64,000 bases of DNA from an uncultured Candidatus Saccharibacteria bacterium (GCA_964507855.1 CAZDQS010000001.1:230121-294120), one strand, 5' to 3'; counted from the first letter of the stretch, positions 26,926 through 37,013 are shown. Notes: a model not told the origin generated them from the letters alone. Made by a program: numbers and translations.

Positions 26926-27330
26926 ATGACAGAGACTAGTGAGGGCGTGAGACCTGCTGAGCGGTTCGAGATTTCTGATGAAGACCGTGATAGAATTCTG
27001 CGCGATTTAGGGGGCTTTACGCTAGCAATGAGCAGCTTTGAGCGTAGAATAGCCGCCAACTATCCTCAGGGGTTTCTGGGCAAAATCAGACACCCTCGTC
27101 AGCATCGTCATGCTCGCAGGGAAGAGGCATTACTCCGGGTCGCCGGGCTAGACAAAGTGGAGTCCTTGAGCCGGGCGGCTGAACTTGCAGTTAAGGGGCA
27201 AATAGATGTGCATTTCTATGATTCGTTCCTGCGTACTACGAACTGGCCGTGGCTTCAAACATTGGCTCGGAGTTTAGATCCGGCCTTAGAGTCTGCAGCA
27301 CAAACGCAAGAAGAAACGGCGACTCCCTAG
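26926..27330 (+). CDS. Hypothetical protein
   Basis: 134 aa ORF; no recognisable motif. Confidence 0.5.
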   Translation: MTETSEGVRPAERFEISDEDRDRILRDLGGFTLAMSSFERRIAANYPQGFLGKIRHPRQHRHARREEALLRVAGLDKVESLSRAAELAVKGQIDVHFYDSFLRTTNWPWLQTLARSLDPALESAAQTQEETATP

Positions 27331-27893
27331 GTAGCCGGCGCAGCCTCGATTGCCGGGGTGTTCTCGGCTTCCCCGGCTTTAAGCGGCTGGAGGGGATCGT
27401 TGATGACGATTTTCTTGTCGGTTATCTCAACGATTTGGTTTCTGTCGACAGACAGTGATCCGCCGCTAATGCTCTTGAGAAAGGACTGAGCAACGTAGAG
27501 TTTTTGAATGTAAAAGGTGTTCATCTCCACAGCATAGTCATTGACTTTACCAAGCTTCTTTTTGTTAACCGTGACAACCTGCTTGCCAAGCGGGTCGAAG
27601 GCAATTTCAATCGGCTCCTTGAGGCGCACCAGCTCTTCGGGGTCGGACAGGACTTCATAATCATTGACGACAATACCTTGCGGCAGAATGTCGCGGACGT
27701 CTTGCGTTTGGAGGATAAGAGTAGTGTTTTTCTTGAATTTGTCGGCGCAGAACCAGCCCTCAATCTTGAGGTTGTTAGGGTTGATGAGCGGCTGCAAGGC
27801 GGTTGCAACCGGCCCTCCAGTCCGCAGGCTCATGACTGGTCGATCCATGAATGTCTTACTGAGCTGAAGCATACTGCTTGTAGTATAAGCCAT
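27327..27893 (-). CDS. PRC-barrel domain protein (two barrels)
   Basis: 188 aa; ..RPVMSLRTGGPVA.. and ..LGKVNDYAVEMNTFYIQKLYV.. resemble PRC barrels. Confidence 0.5.
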   Translation of the reverse strand: MAYTTSSMLQLSKTFMDRPVMSLRTGGPVATALQPLINPNNLKIEGWFCADKFKKNTTLILQTQDVRDILPQGIVVNDYEVLSDPEELVRLKEPIEIAFDPLGKQVVTVNKKKLGKVNDYAVEMNTFYIQKLYVAQSFLKSISGGSLSVDRNQIVEITDKKIVINDPLQPLKAGEAENTPAIEAAPAT

Positions 27894-27955
27894 CCGAGAA
27901 CGCGCTGCAGCTTACGATGTTGCAAACAGGGGTGGTGCAGAGTAGTATACGGGGG

Positions 27956-28426
27956 ATGCATACGAAAAAGACGCTGGAAATTCGTTCCAATAGCCCTCAT
28001 CAGACCGAGCAGGTAGCCGAAGAGATTGGCACGCGGCTTAAAGGCGGTGAAGTCATTGAACTCGTGAGTGACCTGGGTGGCGGCAAGACGACGTTTGTGC
28101 GCGGCTTGGCGCGGGGCATGGGGAGTGACGACCGGGTCGCGAGCCCAACGTTTACGGTAAGTAAGGTGTACCAAGCGGATGAGCGGGAGTTGCACCACTT
28201 TGACTTTTACCGCTTACATGAGGCGGGCGTGGTCGCCCATGAGCTGGCTGAGATGACCCAAGACCCACATGTCGTCACCGTTGTTGAGTGGGGTGAAATT
28301 GTGGCCGATGTATTGCCGCCGGAACGGTTGACAGTCAAGATATCACGCACTGGCGACGAGAGCCGCCAGCTTGTGCTGCAGTACCCCGAAAACTTGGAAT
28401 ATCTGATGGAAGGAGTGCGGATATAA
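27956..28426 (+). CDS. tsaE: tRNA t6A biosynthesis ATPase TsaE
   Basis: GEVIELVSDLGGGKTTFVRGLARG, SPTF.., HFDFYRL. ATG at 27956 lies 7 nt after TAGTAT. Confidence 0.85.
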   Translation: MHTKKTLEIRSNSPHQTEQVAEEIGTRLKGGEVIELVSDLGGGKTTFVRGLARGMGSDDRVASPTFTVSKVYQADERELHHFDFYRLHEAGVVAHELAEMTQDPHVVTVVEWGEIVADVLPPERLTVKISRTGDESRQLVLQYPENLEYLMEGVRI

Positions 28427-28818
28427 TGCTCGTGCTGACAATTCGTACCGACAAGCCGGAAGCAGAAATAGGATTGTTTGAGAACGACAAGCAGCTGGCG
28501 TATGAAACATGGGAAGCCCATCGGCAGTTGTCGGCGACGGTACATACCAAAACTGACTCGCTGCTGCAGGGTAATAACAAAAAGCTGCAGAACATCGGCG
28601 GCATCGTGGCCTTCAAGGGCCCGGGTAGTTTTACGGGTCTGAGAATTGGTTTGAGCGTCGCCAACGCGCTTGCCTACGGGCTCAACATTCCGATAATCAG
28701 CCAAGAAGGGGATGGTTGGATCGAAGCGGGCATTAAGCGCCTGCTTGAGGGGGAGTCGGAACCTGTTGCGTTGCCGTCATATGGCGCGCCGGTTTTCACG
28801 ACCAAGCCCCGAAAGTAA
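28426..28818 (+). CDS. tsaB: Short TsaB-like protein (N-terminal domain only)
   Basis: MLVLTIRTD..IVAFKGPGSFTGLRIGLSVANALAY; 130 aa. Confidence 0.75.
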   Translation: MLVLTIRTDKPEAEIGLFENDKQLAYETWEAHRQLSATVHTKTDSLLQGNNKKLQNIGGIVAFKGPGSFTGLRIGLSVANALAYGLNIPIISQEGDGWIEAGIKRLLEGESEPVALPSYGAPVFTTKPRK

Positions 28819-28981
28819 CATTGACCTTTTGACAACTGAAAGCGTATATTAAGGCTTAGGATTTTGAGTTTTTGGGAAATCAATCCTGTCAATAAGTTAA
28901 TGCGTATGTCGGATATGGCACAGGCTAATGAAGTGATAGTGATTGCCGCTGCCACATCTGTTCGGAATAGAAAGGAAATCT

Positions 28982-30496
28982 ATGGAACCGATTACCATCC
29001 TGCTGGTACTCGCCGGTGGTGCTGTTGGCTTTGGCGCCAATACGGTACTGACCAGGCAAAAAATTGGCTCAGCAGAGGAGCAGGCTGAGAAGGAACTAAA
29101 GAAAGCCAAAAGGGAAGCTGACAAAATCGTCGGCGAAGCTCGGGAGCAGGCTGCGGAAATCGCAGAAACAGCCCGCAAGGAAGAGGCTACCCGTCGCCGT
29201 GAATTCAAAGAAGTTGAACAGCGATTATTGGGACGCGAAGAGGCGCTTGATAAGAAGCTGGACGACCTTGATAAGCGTACCGAAAAACTGCGTAGTGCCG
29301 AGGATGAGGTTGAGGCGCTGAAGCAGGAGATCCGTGACATTCGCGGCAAGCAGCAGGAGAAGCTGGAGAAGATTGCCAAGCTTTCTAAGACTGAAGCAGC
29401 CGAAAAGCTCATGCAGATGACAGAACGCGATATTAAGGGCGACCTAACTAATCTTGTCGCCAAGCTGCAGAATGAAGCCCGCGAAAACGCTGAAGATCAG
29501 GCGGCATATATTATCACCGCTGCTATGGAGCGTATGGCTAGCGAAGTGACAGCCGAGCGCACCGTGACGGCCGTTAAGCTTGAAGATGAGGAAATGAAGG
29601 GCCGCATCATCGGTAAGGAAGGCCGCAACATTCAGGCGCTGCAGCGTGCGACCGGCGTGGATATCCTGGTTGATGACACGCCCGGCTACGTGGTGCTCTC
29701 CAGCTTTGACCCGGTACGCCGCGAAGTAGCTCGGCAAGCGCTTGAGATGCTGCTTAAGGATGGCCGTGTCCACCCAGGGCGGATTGAAGAAGTTGTCGAG
29801 AAGGCACAAAAGAATGTACAGAAAGAAGTCTTGCGCGCCGGTGAAGATGCTGCCCGTGAAGTGGGTATCATCGGTATTCCGAAAGAAATCTTGCAGTTAC
29901 TTGGCGAACTGAAGTTCCGTACTTCATACGGCCAGAATGTGCTCAAGCACAGTACCGAGATGGCGCACATCGCCGGTGTTATCGCCGAAGAGCTGGGTGC
30001 GAATGTCAAGGTCGCCAAGTACGCTGCACTGGTGCATGATCTCGGCAAAGCCTTGACGCACAAGATCGAAGGCAAGCATCACCACATCTCTGGTGAGATG
30101 CTGCGCAAATACGGCGCACCAGAAGAAATTGCCCATGCCGCCGAGGCGCACCATGATGATATGGAAGCAACGACGGTCGAGGCGCTCATTGTTCGTGTGG
30201 TTGATGCTATCAGCGCTGCCCGGCCTGGCGCCCGCAACATTAGCGCTGAAAATTTTGCTGAGCGCATGAAAGATCTCGAAAATGTTGCGACCAGCTTTAA
30301 CGGCATTGAGAAGGCTTACGCCATCAGTGCCGGCCGCGAAGTACGCGTCTTCGTCAAGCCAAGCCAGGTTGATGACCTGACGGCTATCAAGCTTGCCCGT
30401 GACATTGCTACCAAGATTGAAAGTACGATGCAGTATCCCGGCACCATCAAGGTAAACGTCATTCGCGAAACCCGCGCAATAGAGTTCGCCAAATAG
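28982..30496 (+). CDS. rny: Ribonuclease Y
   Basis: N-terminal TM helix, long coiled coil, KH (GRIIGKEGRNIQAL), HD (LVHDLGKA). ATG at 28982 follows AAAGGAA. Confidence 0.95.
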   Translation: MEPITILLVLAGGAVGFGANTVLTRQKIGSAEEQAEKELKKAKREADKIVGEAREQAAEIAETARKEEATRRREFKEVEQRLLGREEALDKKLDDLDKRTEKLRSAEDEVEALKQEIRDIRGKQQEKLEKIAKLSKTEAAEKLMQMTERDIKGDLTNLVAKLQNEARENAEDQAAYIITAAMERMASEVTAERTVTAVKLEDEEMKGRIIGKEGRNIQALQRATGVDILVDDTPGYVVLSSFDPVRREVARQALEMLLKDGRVHPGRIEEVVEKAQKNVQKEVLRAGEDAAREVGIIGIPKEILQLLGELKFRTSYGQNVLKHSTEMAHIAGVIAEELGANVKVAKYAALVHDLGKALTHKIEGKHHHISGEMLRKYGAPEEIAHAAEAHHDDMEATTVEALIVRVVDAISAARPGARNISAENFAERMKDLENVATSFNGIEKAYAISAGREVRVFVKPSQVDDLTAIKLARDIATKIESTMQYPGTIKVNVIRETRAIEFAK

Positions 30497-30512
30497 GTGT
30501 AGAATGGTAGGT

Positions 30513-30821
30513 ATGGCAGATTCCGTAACAAAAGCAGATGTTCAAGAGATTGTTGACAAGGCCGTTGCCCGGGTTGTTGACGACTTGTCTGAGGTGATTC
30601 ATTCTTTTGCAGGGCAAGTAGACGAGCGGTTTAATCGGATCGAGGAAAGAATGGATCGGGTTGAGAAAAACCTTGATCGTCTGACAAACACGATAGATGG
30701 TTTCGTAAAACGGCTTGATGATATCGAAGCTGACAACACAGCCCGTGACGCCCAGTTGGCGCGTCTCGAGCGATGGATAGAACAGGTTGCTAAAAAGGCG
30801 GGCGTCAAACTTGAGTATTAA
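30513..30821 (+). CDS. Hypothetical coiled-coil protein
   Basis: ORF 30504..30821. ATG at 30513 lies 7 nt after TAGAAT. Confidence 0.5.
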   Translation: MADSVTKADVQEIVDKAVARVVDDLSEVIHSFAGQVDERFNRIEERMDRVEKNLDRLTNTIDGFVKRLDDIEADNTARDAQLARLERWIEQVAKKAGVKLEY

Positions 30822-30857
30822 CGATTCTAAAGCCCGCGCGATCGAGTACGCCAAGTA

Positions 30858-31349
30858 ATGCCGGTATACTCCTTGGATGAACAGCGGCGGTGGCATAACG
30901 GCCTGCCCTCAAAGCGGATGGGCGCGAGCGTGCTGCTGCATGACTCCGAGGGGCGGCTCTTGATTGTTAACCCAAACTATCGCGAGCAGTGGTCTTTGCC
31001 GGGTGGCGTAGTCGACGAAGCGGAGTCGCCGCGAGATGCGGTCATGCGTGAAGTCCGGGAAGAGCTAGGACTGACAATCGCGCCGGAGCGGTTGAAGCTA
31101 CGCCTCATTAATTATCATTGTGCTGATGATGGATTCCAGGATTCGGTGTATATGATTTTCGACGGCGGTAGGTTGACCGAAGAAGAGATAAGCGGCATTA
31201 CGCTGGCTGAAGACGAGCTTGATGAGTACCGGTTTGCATCTATGGAAGAAGTGGAGCAGTTGCTGGCCGGATGGCGGGCGCATTTGGTGAAGCTGTGCGA
31301 AGATGATCCCGATAAGGTGTGGTACACCGAAAACGGAGTCCCGGCGTAG
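30858..31349 (+). CDS. NUDIX hydrolase
   Basis: Nudix box GGVVDEAESPRDAVMREVREELGL. Confidence 0.85.
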   Translation: MPVYSLDEQRRWHNGLPSKRMGASVLLHDSEGRLLIVNPNYREQWSLPGGVVDEAESPRDAVMREVREELGLTIAPERLKLRLINYHCADDGFQDSVYMIFDGGRLTEEEISGITLAEDELDEYRFASMEEVEQLLAGWRAHLVKLCEDDPDKVWYTENGVPA

Positions 31350-31382
31350 CGCTAACCTGCACAACTCCGCTACAATACGTCC

Positions 31383-32018
31383 ATGAAGCTTACCAAATTT
31401 GTCCACGCCTGCGTGCTTGCCGAAGAGAATGGCCATACTGTTTTATTTGACCCGGGTAACTTCAGCTGGGATGCGGGGCTGTTTAAGGTAGACGACATAG
31501 AGCGTCTGGATACGACTGTTATTACGCACGAACATACCGACCACTTCCATCTGCCGTTTGTCCAAGCCTTGGTAGCAAAATTCCCCGAAGCCACAATCGT
31601 AACAACGCCGAGTGTCGCGCATAAGCTTCAGGAAGCCGGTATCCAAAATGCAACGACGACTTCACGTGATGATGTACAGATATTTTCGGCTGCTCAGCAT
31701 GCACCGCTTGAGCCGCTCGGTGAGGCGCCGGAAAATATCGCTGTGCATTTCGCGGACCGGTTGACGGTTGGCGGTGATCGTCATGATCTTGAAGAATCTA
31801 AGGAGATCCTCGCGCTGACTGTGACCGCACCGTGGGGCTCGATGATGGCGGCCGTGGATATGGCACTTCGCCTTCAGCCGAAGACAATTTTTCCGATACA
31901 TGATTGGCATTGGAGTGAGGCGGCGCGCCAGCAGGCATATGAGCGGCTGGAGGCATTCTTTGCCCAGCATGCAATCCGGTTCATTAAGCCGCGTGACGGT
32001 GAAACGGTTGAGGTGTAG
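31383..32018 (+). CDS. MBL-fold metallo-hydrolase
   Basis: VITHEHTDHF motif. ATG lies 6 nt after TACAAT. Confidence 0.75.
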   Translation: MKLTKFVHACVLAEENGHTVLFDPGNFSWDAGLFKVDDIERLDTTVITHEHTDHFHLPFVQALVAKFPEATIVTTPSVAHKLQEAGIQNATTTSRDDVQIFSAAQHAPLEPLGEAPENIAVHFADRLTVGGDRHDLEESKEILALTVTAPWGSMMAAVDMALRLQPKTIFPIHDWHWSEAARQQAYERLEAFFAQHAIRFIKPRDGETVEV

Positions 32019-32021
32019 CCA

Positions 32022-32819
32022 GTGAACATTCTCTACATCGGCGATATTATGGCCAGGCCCGGGATTGAAGTAGTTGCCCGTGTGCTGCCGGACTTGCGCC
32101 GTGAGCATGCGATTGATCTGGTGATTGCCCAGGGCGAGAATGTCAGCGGCGGCAAAGGACTGAGTAAACAAGACTACACACATTTAAAAGAACATGGCGT
32201 TGACTGCTTTACTGGCGGCAACCATACGCTTGCGAATGAGGAGCTGCATCCGTTTTTGGATGATGCTAACGAGCCGGTCGTGCGTCCGGCAAACTATCCG
32301 GACGATGTGCCCGGTCAGCGCTGGAAGTATGTCTTAACACCACACGGAAAAGTTTTGGTTGTGAGTCTGCTGGGTTCAATTGTTGGCAAGGACGCCGGTC
32401 GGGAAATGCATAACCCTCTCCAAGTTATCGATGAAATCTTAGAAGAAAACAAAGGCATTGAGCGAGCGGCGACAATCGTTAACTTCCACGGGGATTATTC
32501 GAGCGAAAAGGTCATTGCCGGGTACTATCTCGACGGCCGGGTGACGGCGGTCATTGGCGATCATTGGCATGTGCCCACAGCTGACGCAAAAGTGCTGCCG
32601 CAGGGCACGGCCCATATAACGGATGTCGGTATGTGCGGTGTATTGCACTCCAGTCTCGGTGTTTCGTTTGACGCGGTCATTCCACGCTGGCGGGATGGCA
32701 AAGTCACGCCGAATGAGCTGGAAACTTCAGGGCCGTTCCAGTTCAACGCCGTACTTATCAAGTCCACCACTTCCGGCCTCGCCCAATCAATCCACCAGAT
32801 CCAAAAGATTTTAGATTAG
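32022..32819 (+). CDS. ymdB: YmdB-family metallophosphoesterase (2',3'-cyclic nucleotide phosphodiesterase)
   Basis: (GTG)NILYIGDIMARPG.., AQGENVSGGKG, GNH; classic rny-linked synteny. Confidence 0.85.
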   Translation: MNILYIGDIMARPGIEVVARVLPDLRREHAIDLVIAQGENVSGGKGLSKQDYTHLKEHGVDCFTGGNHTLANEELHPFLDDANEPVVRPANYPDDVPGQRWKYVLTPHGKVLVVSLLGSIVGKDAGREMHNPLQVIDEILEENKGIERAATIVNFHGDYSSEKVIAGYYLDGRVTAVIGDHWHVPTADAKVLPQGTAHITDVGMCGVLHSSLGVSFDAVIPRWRDGKVTPNELETSGPFQFNAVLIKSTTSGLAQSIHQIQKILD

Positions 32820-32829
32820 GGAAGCCTAA

Positions 32830-33018
32830 TTAGATCTCTTTTTTGCCGGTGAAGCCGATGGCGGCCAGAAGAACGCTGGTGAGCATGTTGATGATGACGA
32901 TGCGGATGAGCGGCAGATCAGGCTCGATAGCGAGCAAGATGGCGCTGCCGATCCAGATGATGGCGATGATGCCAGCAGTGTAGGGGTATTTGATAAAAAG
33001 GATTACTTCTTTAAACAT
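32830..33018 (-). CDS. Small two-TM membrane protein
   Basis: 62 aa; overlaps the stop of the ABC1 kinase gene by 8 nt; ends ..AIGFTGKKEI. Confidence 0.5.
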   Translation of the reverse strand: MFKEVILFIKYPYTAGIIAIIWIGSAILLAIEPDLPLIRIVIINMLTSVLLAAIGFTGKKEI

Positions 33019-34552
33019 TGGTACTCTCCTCGACGACCGGAATGGTCTTTGCTTTTAGATTAATACGAGATGTGAGTTGGCGAAAGAGGGCCGGGTCACG
33101 GTCGGCGACACGCTCCAGCCAATTGCTGACCGTCTCTAGCGCATCGGAAATGCTGATGGAATCTTCTTGCTCATGCATCAGGTGCGGATGGTCGTGCCGG
33201 ACTTGTGCGACGACATCACCAAACACGCGGGGCAGAACGGTACTGCGTCGGCCGAGGCTGTCTACAAGTGTGAGGTACGTTTGGGCGGCGCGCAGGATTT
33301 CTGATGCCTCAAGCCGCATGACGAGGCCAAAACGGTTGTCTTTGTTGATCATTTGGTTCAGTAATTGGAAAATGCGGCCGTCAGCGAGGATGGCCCGCAC
33401 ATCACTTTCACCGACAATCTTGACGAACGATTCTTGGGCGACTTTGCCGACTTCTGTAGTGAAGTTGGCCTGTGCCTCTGGCTTATGAGCGAGGGCGCTG
33501 AGCCGCTTGAGCGAACGGTAGAGGTCGCTCACAAAGAACCGGATAAACTGCTCGAAGAGCGCGGTGATGTTGTCGCTGTTGGTGTACATGCGGTTCCATT
33601 CTTCAAGCAGGCCGAAGAACGCGGATTTGTCGTGCGGGGTGCGGGCGGCAATACCAAAGTCAATCAGGCCGACTTTGTTATCCGGCATGAGCTTGATGTT
33701 GCCAGGATGCGGATCGCCCGGGATGCGGTGGAGGTTGAAGATGCCGTTTAAGGCCTCAAACCCGAGGGTGTAGAGCTGCTCGTCCAGGTCTGATCCCAGC
33801 TGATCTTTGACGTATTGGTATGGATTGACGCCCTGTTCCTGGAGCTTGACCAGGTAGGCAACCGAGATGCCGTCGACATATTCCTGGACAATGATGTGCG
33901 ATGTACACAGTTCAGTGAACGTTTCCGGAATGACGAGGTGCGGATGGTCTTTGTAGGTTTCGTATAGCTCGGCGGCAAATTCTGCCTCGGCATTGTAGTC
34001 GGTCTCATGCAGGGTTGCTTCGCGGAATTCTTTGATAGCGCCGTTAATGTTCACATCCATGTTTTTGTACAACTTGACGAAAAAGCTGCGGGTGAACGCG
34101 CTCAAGAGTCGCAAATCATAGCGAAGCAGTTCCCGCACCATTGGCCGCAGCACTTTAATGATAATCGGTTTGCCGCTAACATGCTGGCCGTAATACACCT
34201 GCCCAAAACTGCCCGCGGCGAATGGCTGCGGCTGAACCATGGTGATTTGCGCCAGTTTTTCAGGCGGTAGTTCTTTTCTGAGGATGCCAACGACGTCGAG
34301 CGGTTCGGTCTCCAGGTTTTCGAATATCTTCAGCCGTTCCGGGTTGTGCCACCGTCGCATAATTTGGCTCTTGAGCATAACACCCTGGAGGAACTTGATG
34401 TACACGCCGCCTAGGCTCATGAATTCATTACAGACAATGGTATACATTCGGTCTTCACGGCCGCGGCGACGCAGGTAGTAAGCTCGGGTAATGAGCTTCG
34501 CGAGGCGCGCGGTCCGGTTCCGTTTGATCGCGTTGATTGAGCTGGCGCGCAT
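33011..34552 (-). CDS. ABC1/UbiB (AarF) family atypical kinase
   Basis: 513 aa; AAGSFGQVY, IIKVLRP, PGDPHPGNI, LIDFG. Confidence 0.85.
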   Translation of the reverse strand: MRASSINAIKRNRTARLAKLITRAYYLRRRGREDRMYTIVCNEFMSLGGVYIKFLQGVMLKSQIMRRWHNPERLKIFENLETEPLDVVGILRKELPPEKLAQITMVQPQPFAAGSFGQVYYGQHVSGKPIIIKVLRPMVRELLRYDLRLLSAFTRSFFVKLYKNMDVNINGAIKEFREATLHETDYNAEAEFAAELYETYKDHPHLVIPETFTELCTSHIIVQEYVDGISVAYLVKLQEQGVNPYQYVKDQLGSDLDEQLYTLGFEALNGIFNLHRIPGDPHPGNIKLMPDNKVGLIDFGIAARTPHDKSAFFGLLEEWNRMYTNSDNITALFEQFIRFFVSDLYRSLKRLSALAHKPEAQANFTTEVGKVAQESFVKIVGESDVRAILADGRIFQLLNQMINKDNRFGLVMRLEASEILRAAQTYLTLVDSLGRRSTVLPRVFGDVVAQVRHDHPHLMHEQEDSISISDALETVSNWLERVADRDPALFRQLTSRINLKAKTIPVVEESTNV

Positions 34553-34564
34553 AAATTAGATCCG

Positions 34565-34723
34565 TTACTTCTTGGAGAATCCAATTAAGAATAAAACAAC
34601 AGTAGAGCCCGTAACGGCCAGGTAAAGTTCAAAGACTTCTTTGGCTTCTCGCCGGGTCAGCGCCATGAGGATAATGGCAAACCATATCAATAGGATGGTA
34701 AAGAAGATGGAAGCATACTTCAT
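34565..34723 (-). CDS. Small two-TM membrane protein
   Basis: MKYASIFFTILLIWFAIILMAL..VVLFLIGFSKK. C-terminal tail resembles that of 32830..33018. Confidence 0.45.
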   Translation of the reverse strand: MKYASIFFTILLIWFAIILMALTRREAKEVFELYLAVTGSTVVLFLIGFSKK

Positions 34724-34842
34724 TAGGAGTCTAATTATATCATATTTACATTTTATATCCACATTACTAACAGAGGTAGCTTTTTGCAAGAAAATACGGT
34801 ATAATTTTCCAGTCGTATCCCTTATTGAAGGGAAAAGAGCAG

Positions 34843-34865
34843 CGGGGATTGGCGCAGTTGGCTAG
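34843..34865 (+). pseudogene. Orphan 5' 23 nt of tRNA-Pro (acceptor 5' strand + D arm)
   Basis: cggggattggcgcagttggctag is identical to 35017-35039. Confidence 0.8.
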
Positions 34866-34972
34866 TGTGAGAACTGCCAGTGGCAGTTCGGAAACGAATC
34901 TTCTCTTGCAAACTTGTTTGCAAAGATGAAGTTCGGGGGTCGCGGAACGTGACCGCGGGTACCGCGCGCAGA
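34866..34972 (+). repeat. Type I three-hairpin module fused to the tRNA-Pro 5' fragment
   Basis: TGTGAGAACTGCCAGTGGCAGTTCGGAAACGAATCTTC[TCTTGCAAA CTTG TTTGCAAAGA]TGAAGTTCGGGGGTCGCGGAACGTGACCGCGGGTACC. Collinear with 42316..42434 and 7360..7445(-). Confidence 0.6.
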
Positions 34973-35016
34973 CATTCCGACAGTACTTTAAAATATAGAC
35001 AGTCAGTTACATACGA

Positions 35017-35093
35017 CGGGGATTGGCGCAGTTGGCTAGCGCGCGCGGTTTGGGACCGCGAGGTCGGAGGTTCGAGTCCTCTATCCCCGACCA
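35017..35093 (+). tRNA. tRNA-Pro(UGG), CCA encoded
   Basis: CGGGGAT TG GCGC AGTTGGCTA GCGC G CGCGG TTTGGGA CCGCG AGGTC GGAGG TTCGAGT CCTCT ATCCCCG A CCA. Confidence 0.95.
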
Positions 35094-36751
35094 CGTTCGA
35101 AATTTTTAGATTTAAGGAACTCTGCATAGGGTTCCTTAAGTTTTATATCGACTACTTTCCATCTGGTAATCTTGTTTTTTGGTGGTACAAATTCACCCTC
35201 TACAACAAGGTTCGAGATGAACTTTTCAAGGATTTTATTAAAGACCGTAACGCTCGTTGTTGACCGAAGTAAATCAGCTACATTATCGAATAGTTCGAGA
35301 TACTTTTCGTAAGTAGGTATGACAGTCTTCAAACGTTCTCGTTCAGCTTTAGCAATTTTATGAGCGTTCCTGAGTCTCTTTAGTTCAGCCCTGTAATCTT
35401 TCAGGTCTTCTTTGTAATGCTCTGCCAGCTCCTTATCTTCACCTGATACTATTAGCTTGGCTCTATTGTAATCACGTTGTGTATCTGTAATTTGTTTATT
35501 CAATGAACTGATTATGGAATAAAGCTGTCTAAGTCGAGCTTCTCTACTCTCTGCTACTTCTACGGCATAATTATCATAGTTGCTCTTAGTTGTGAAACGG
35601 TATTTATCTAGGTAGTCGATTGCATAGTCTGTAATCACTTTAGCTCTAGGTCCCTTGTCTTTCATAATACAACCGTCTGTCTCGCACCTATATCGGTAGT
35701 AGTTGACATCTTTCTTAACAGTGATGCCCGAAGATAAGGATTTACCACAAGCCTTACAGAATACTTTTCCAAGCAGAAGGTTGGCTTTTACTTGATCGGA
35801 GGGGGCTGTTATCGATGACTTAAATTTACTCGACATAAAGTCTTTGGCTTGATTGATTTTCAGGAAGTCTTCGGCACCGATTGCAGGTGTAAATCCATAC
35901 TTCTCGATTATATTGACGACACCACCACTGTATCTAATTATTCCTGCATAAGTCGGGTCGCTTAAAATATTGGAAACACTGTCTTTATCCCACTTATATG
36001 CAAAATGACCATCTTGTTTGTATTTGAATACTCTGTAATCACTTCTACCGTTCAAGTAACGCAAAATGTTAGCCTGAGACTTGCCCTCAATACGCATGTC
36101 AAAAGCATGCTTAATAATATTGTAGTTTTCGCCATCAGGGTACAGTTTGCCTTTCTCGGTTTTTAGATACCCGTGCAAAAAGCTACGCAAGAACTTGCCA
36201 CTAAGCGTCTTACGTTTGTTCCCACGAGTAACTACTTCACTCTGGTGTTCTGAAAATTGTTTAGCAAGTACGAAGGACATGCCCAGCAACATCTTACCTG
36301 CTGGATTGTTTTCAAAAGTTGATGTGGCGAAACGTAAATCTTTGATAATACCCTTGTCGAGCAGGTCTATGATTTCGCCAGCTTCTTTCATGTTTCTTGC
36401 AAGCCTGTCGGGGTGATACGAGATTATGCCGTCGTACTTGCCACTAATGACATCATCAAGCATCTTACGAAATAAAGGACGTATATCAGGCTCTTTAGCT
36501 GAACCATCCTCTTTAATAATGTCATTCTCGTCAAGTGATATACCGTCATATCCGACTACTCGTTCTTTACATTCGGCTATCTGGTCTTCTTTAGATTTTG
36601 CTTGCCGAGTTTCGTCAGTCGTTGATTTACGAGCATATAAGACATAGCGCAGGTTTTCTGGTTTGTAGAACTCCTCCTCAGCTTGAGTAGAGGATTGTAG
36701 CATTTCAAAGAGTTGTTCAAGAGGAGTACTGTTTGGTGCTAAGTCTGACAT
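35081..36751 (-). CDS. Large serine recombinase (resolvase catalytic domain + recombinase domain + zinc ribbon + coiled coil)
   Basis: YVLYARKSTTDE (catalytic Ser), ..HPDRLARN.., CKACGKSLS..YYRYRCETDGC zinc ribbon, long C-terminal coiled coil. The last 4 codons and stop lie inside the tRNA-Pro 3' end. Confidence 0.9.
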   Translation of the reverse strand: MSDLAPNSTPLEQLFEMLQSSTQAEEEFYKPENLRYVLYARKSTTDETRQAKSKEDQIAECKERVVGYDGISLDENDIIKEDGSAKEPDIRPLFRKMLDDVISGKYDGIISYHPDRLARNMKEAGEIIDLLDKGIIKDLRFATSTFENNPAGKMLLGMSFVLAKQFSEHQSEVVTRGNKRKTLSGKFLRSFLHGYLKTEKGKLYPDGENYNIIKHAFDMRIEGKSQANILRYLNGRSDYRVFKYKQDGHFAYKWDKDSVSNILSDPTYAGIIRYSGGVVNIIEKYGFTPAIGAEDFLKINQAKDFMSSKFKSSITAPSDQVKANLLLGKVFCKACGKSLSSGITVKKDVNYYRYRCETDGCIMKDKGPRAKVITDYAIDYLDKYRFTTKSNYDNYAVEVAESREARLRQLYSIISSLNKQITDTQRDYNRAKLIVSGEDKELAEHYKEDLKDYRAELKRLRNAHKIAKAERERLKTVIPTYEKYLELFDNVADLLRSTTSVTVFNKILEKFISNLVVEGEFVPPKNKITRWKVVDIKLKEPYAEFLKSKNFERGRG

Positions 36752-37013
36752 AACTTAATTCTACATGTCTTAAGCAGTAAGCTGAAAAGTCAAAATAAGA
36801 CCATGCTTATAGTTGTAAGGATTACATCAATAATTGGCCAAAAATTATAAAGGTGCCAGCATATACGTCAAATAGTGAAAAAGATGAACAGAACTCATTG
36901 CTAAAAGCCCCTTTGGACGCATTTCTAGCGGGCTGGACGAGCTCTTATGTCAAATTTGATGACTATAACCCATCCTTGTGGCTAATGCTATTTATCCCTG
37001 TTATGATATAGCT

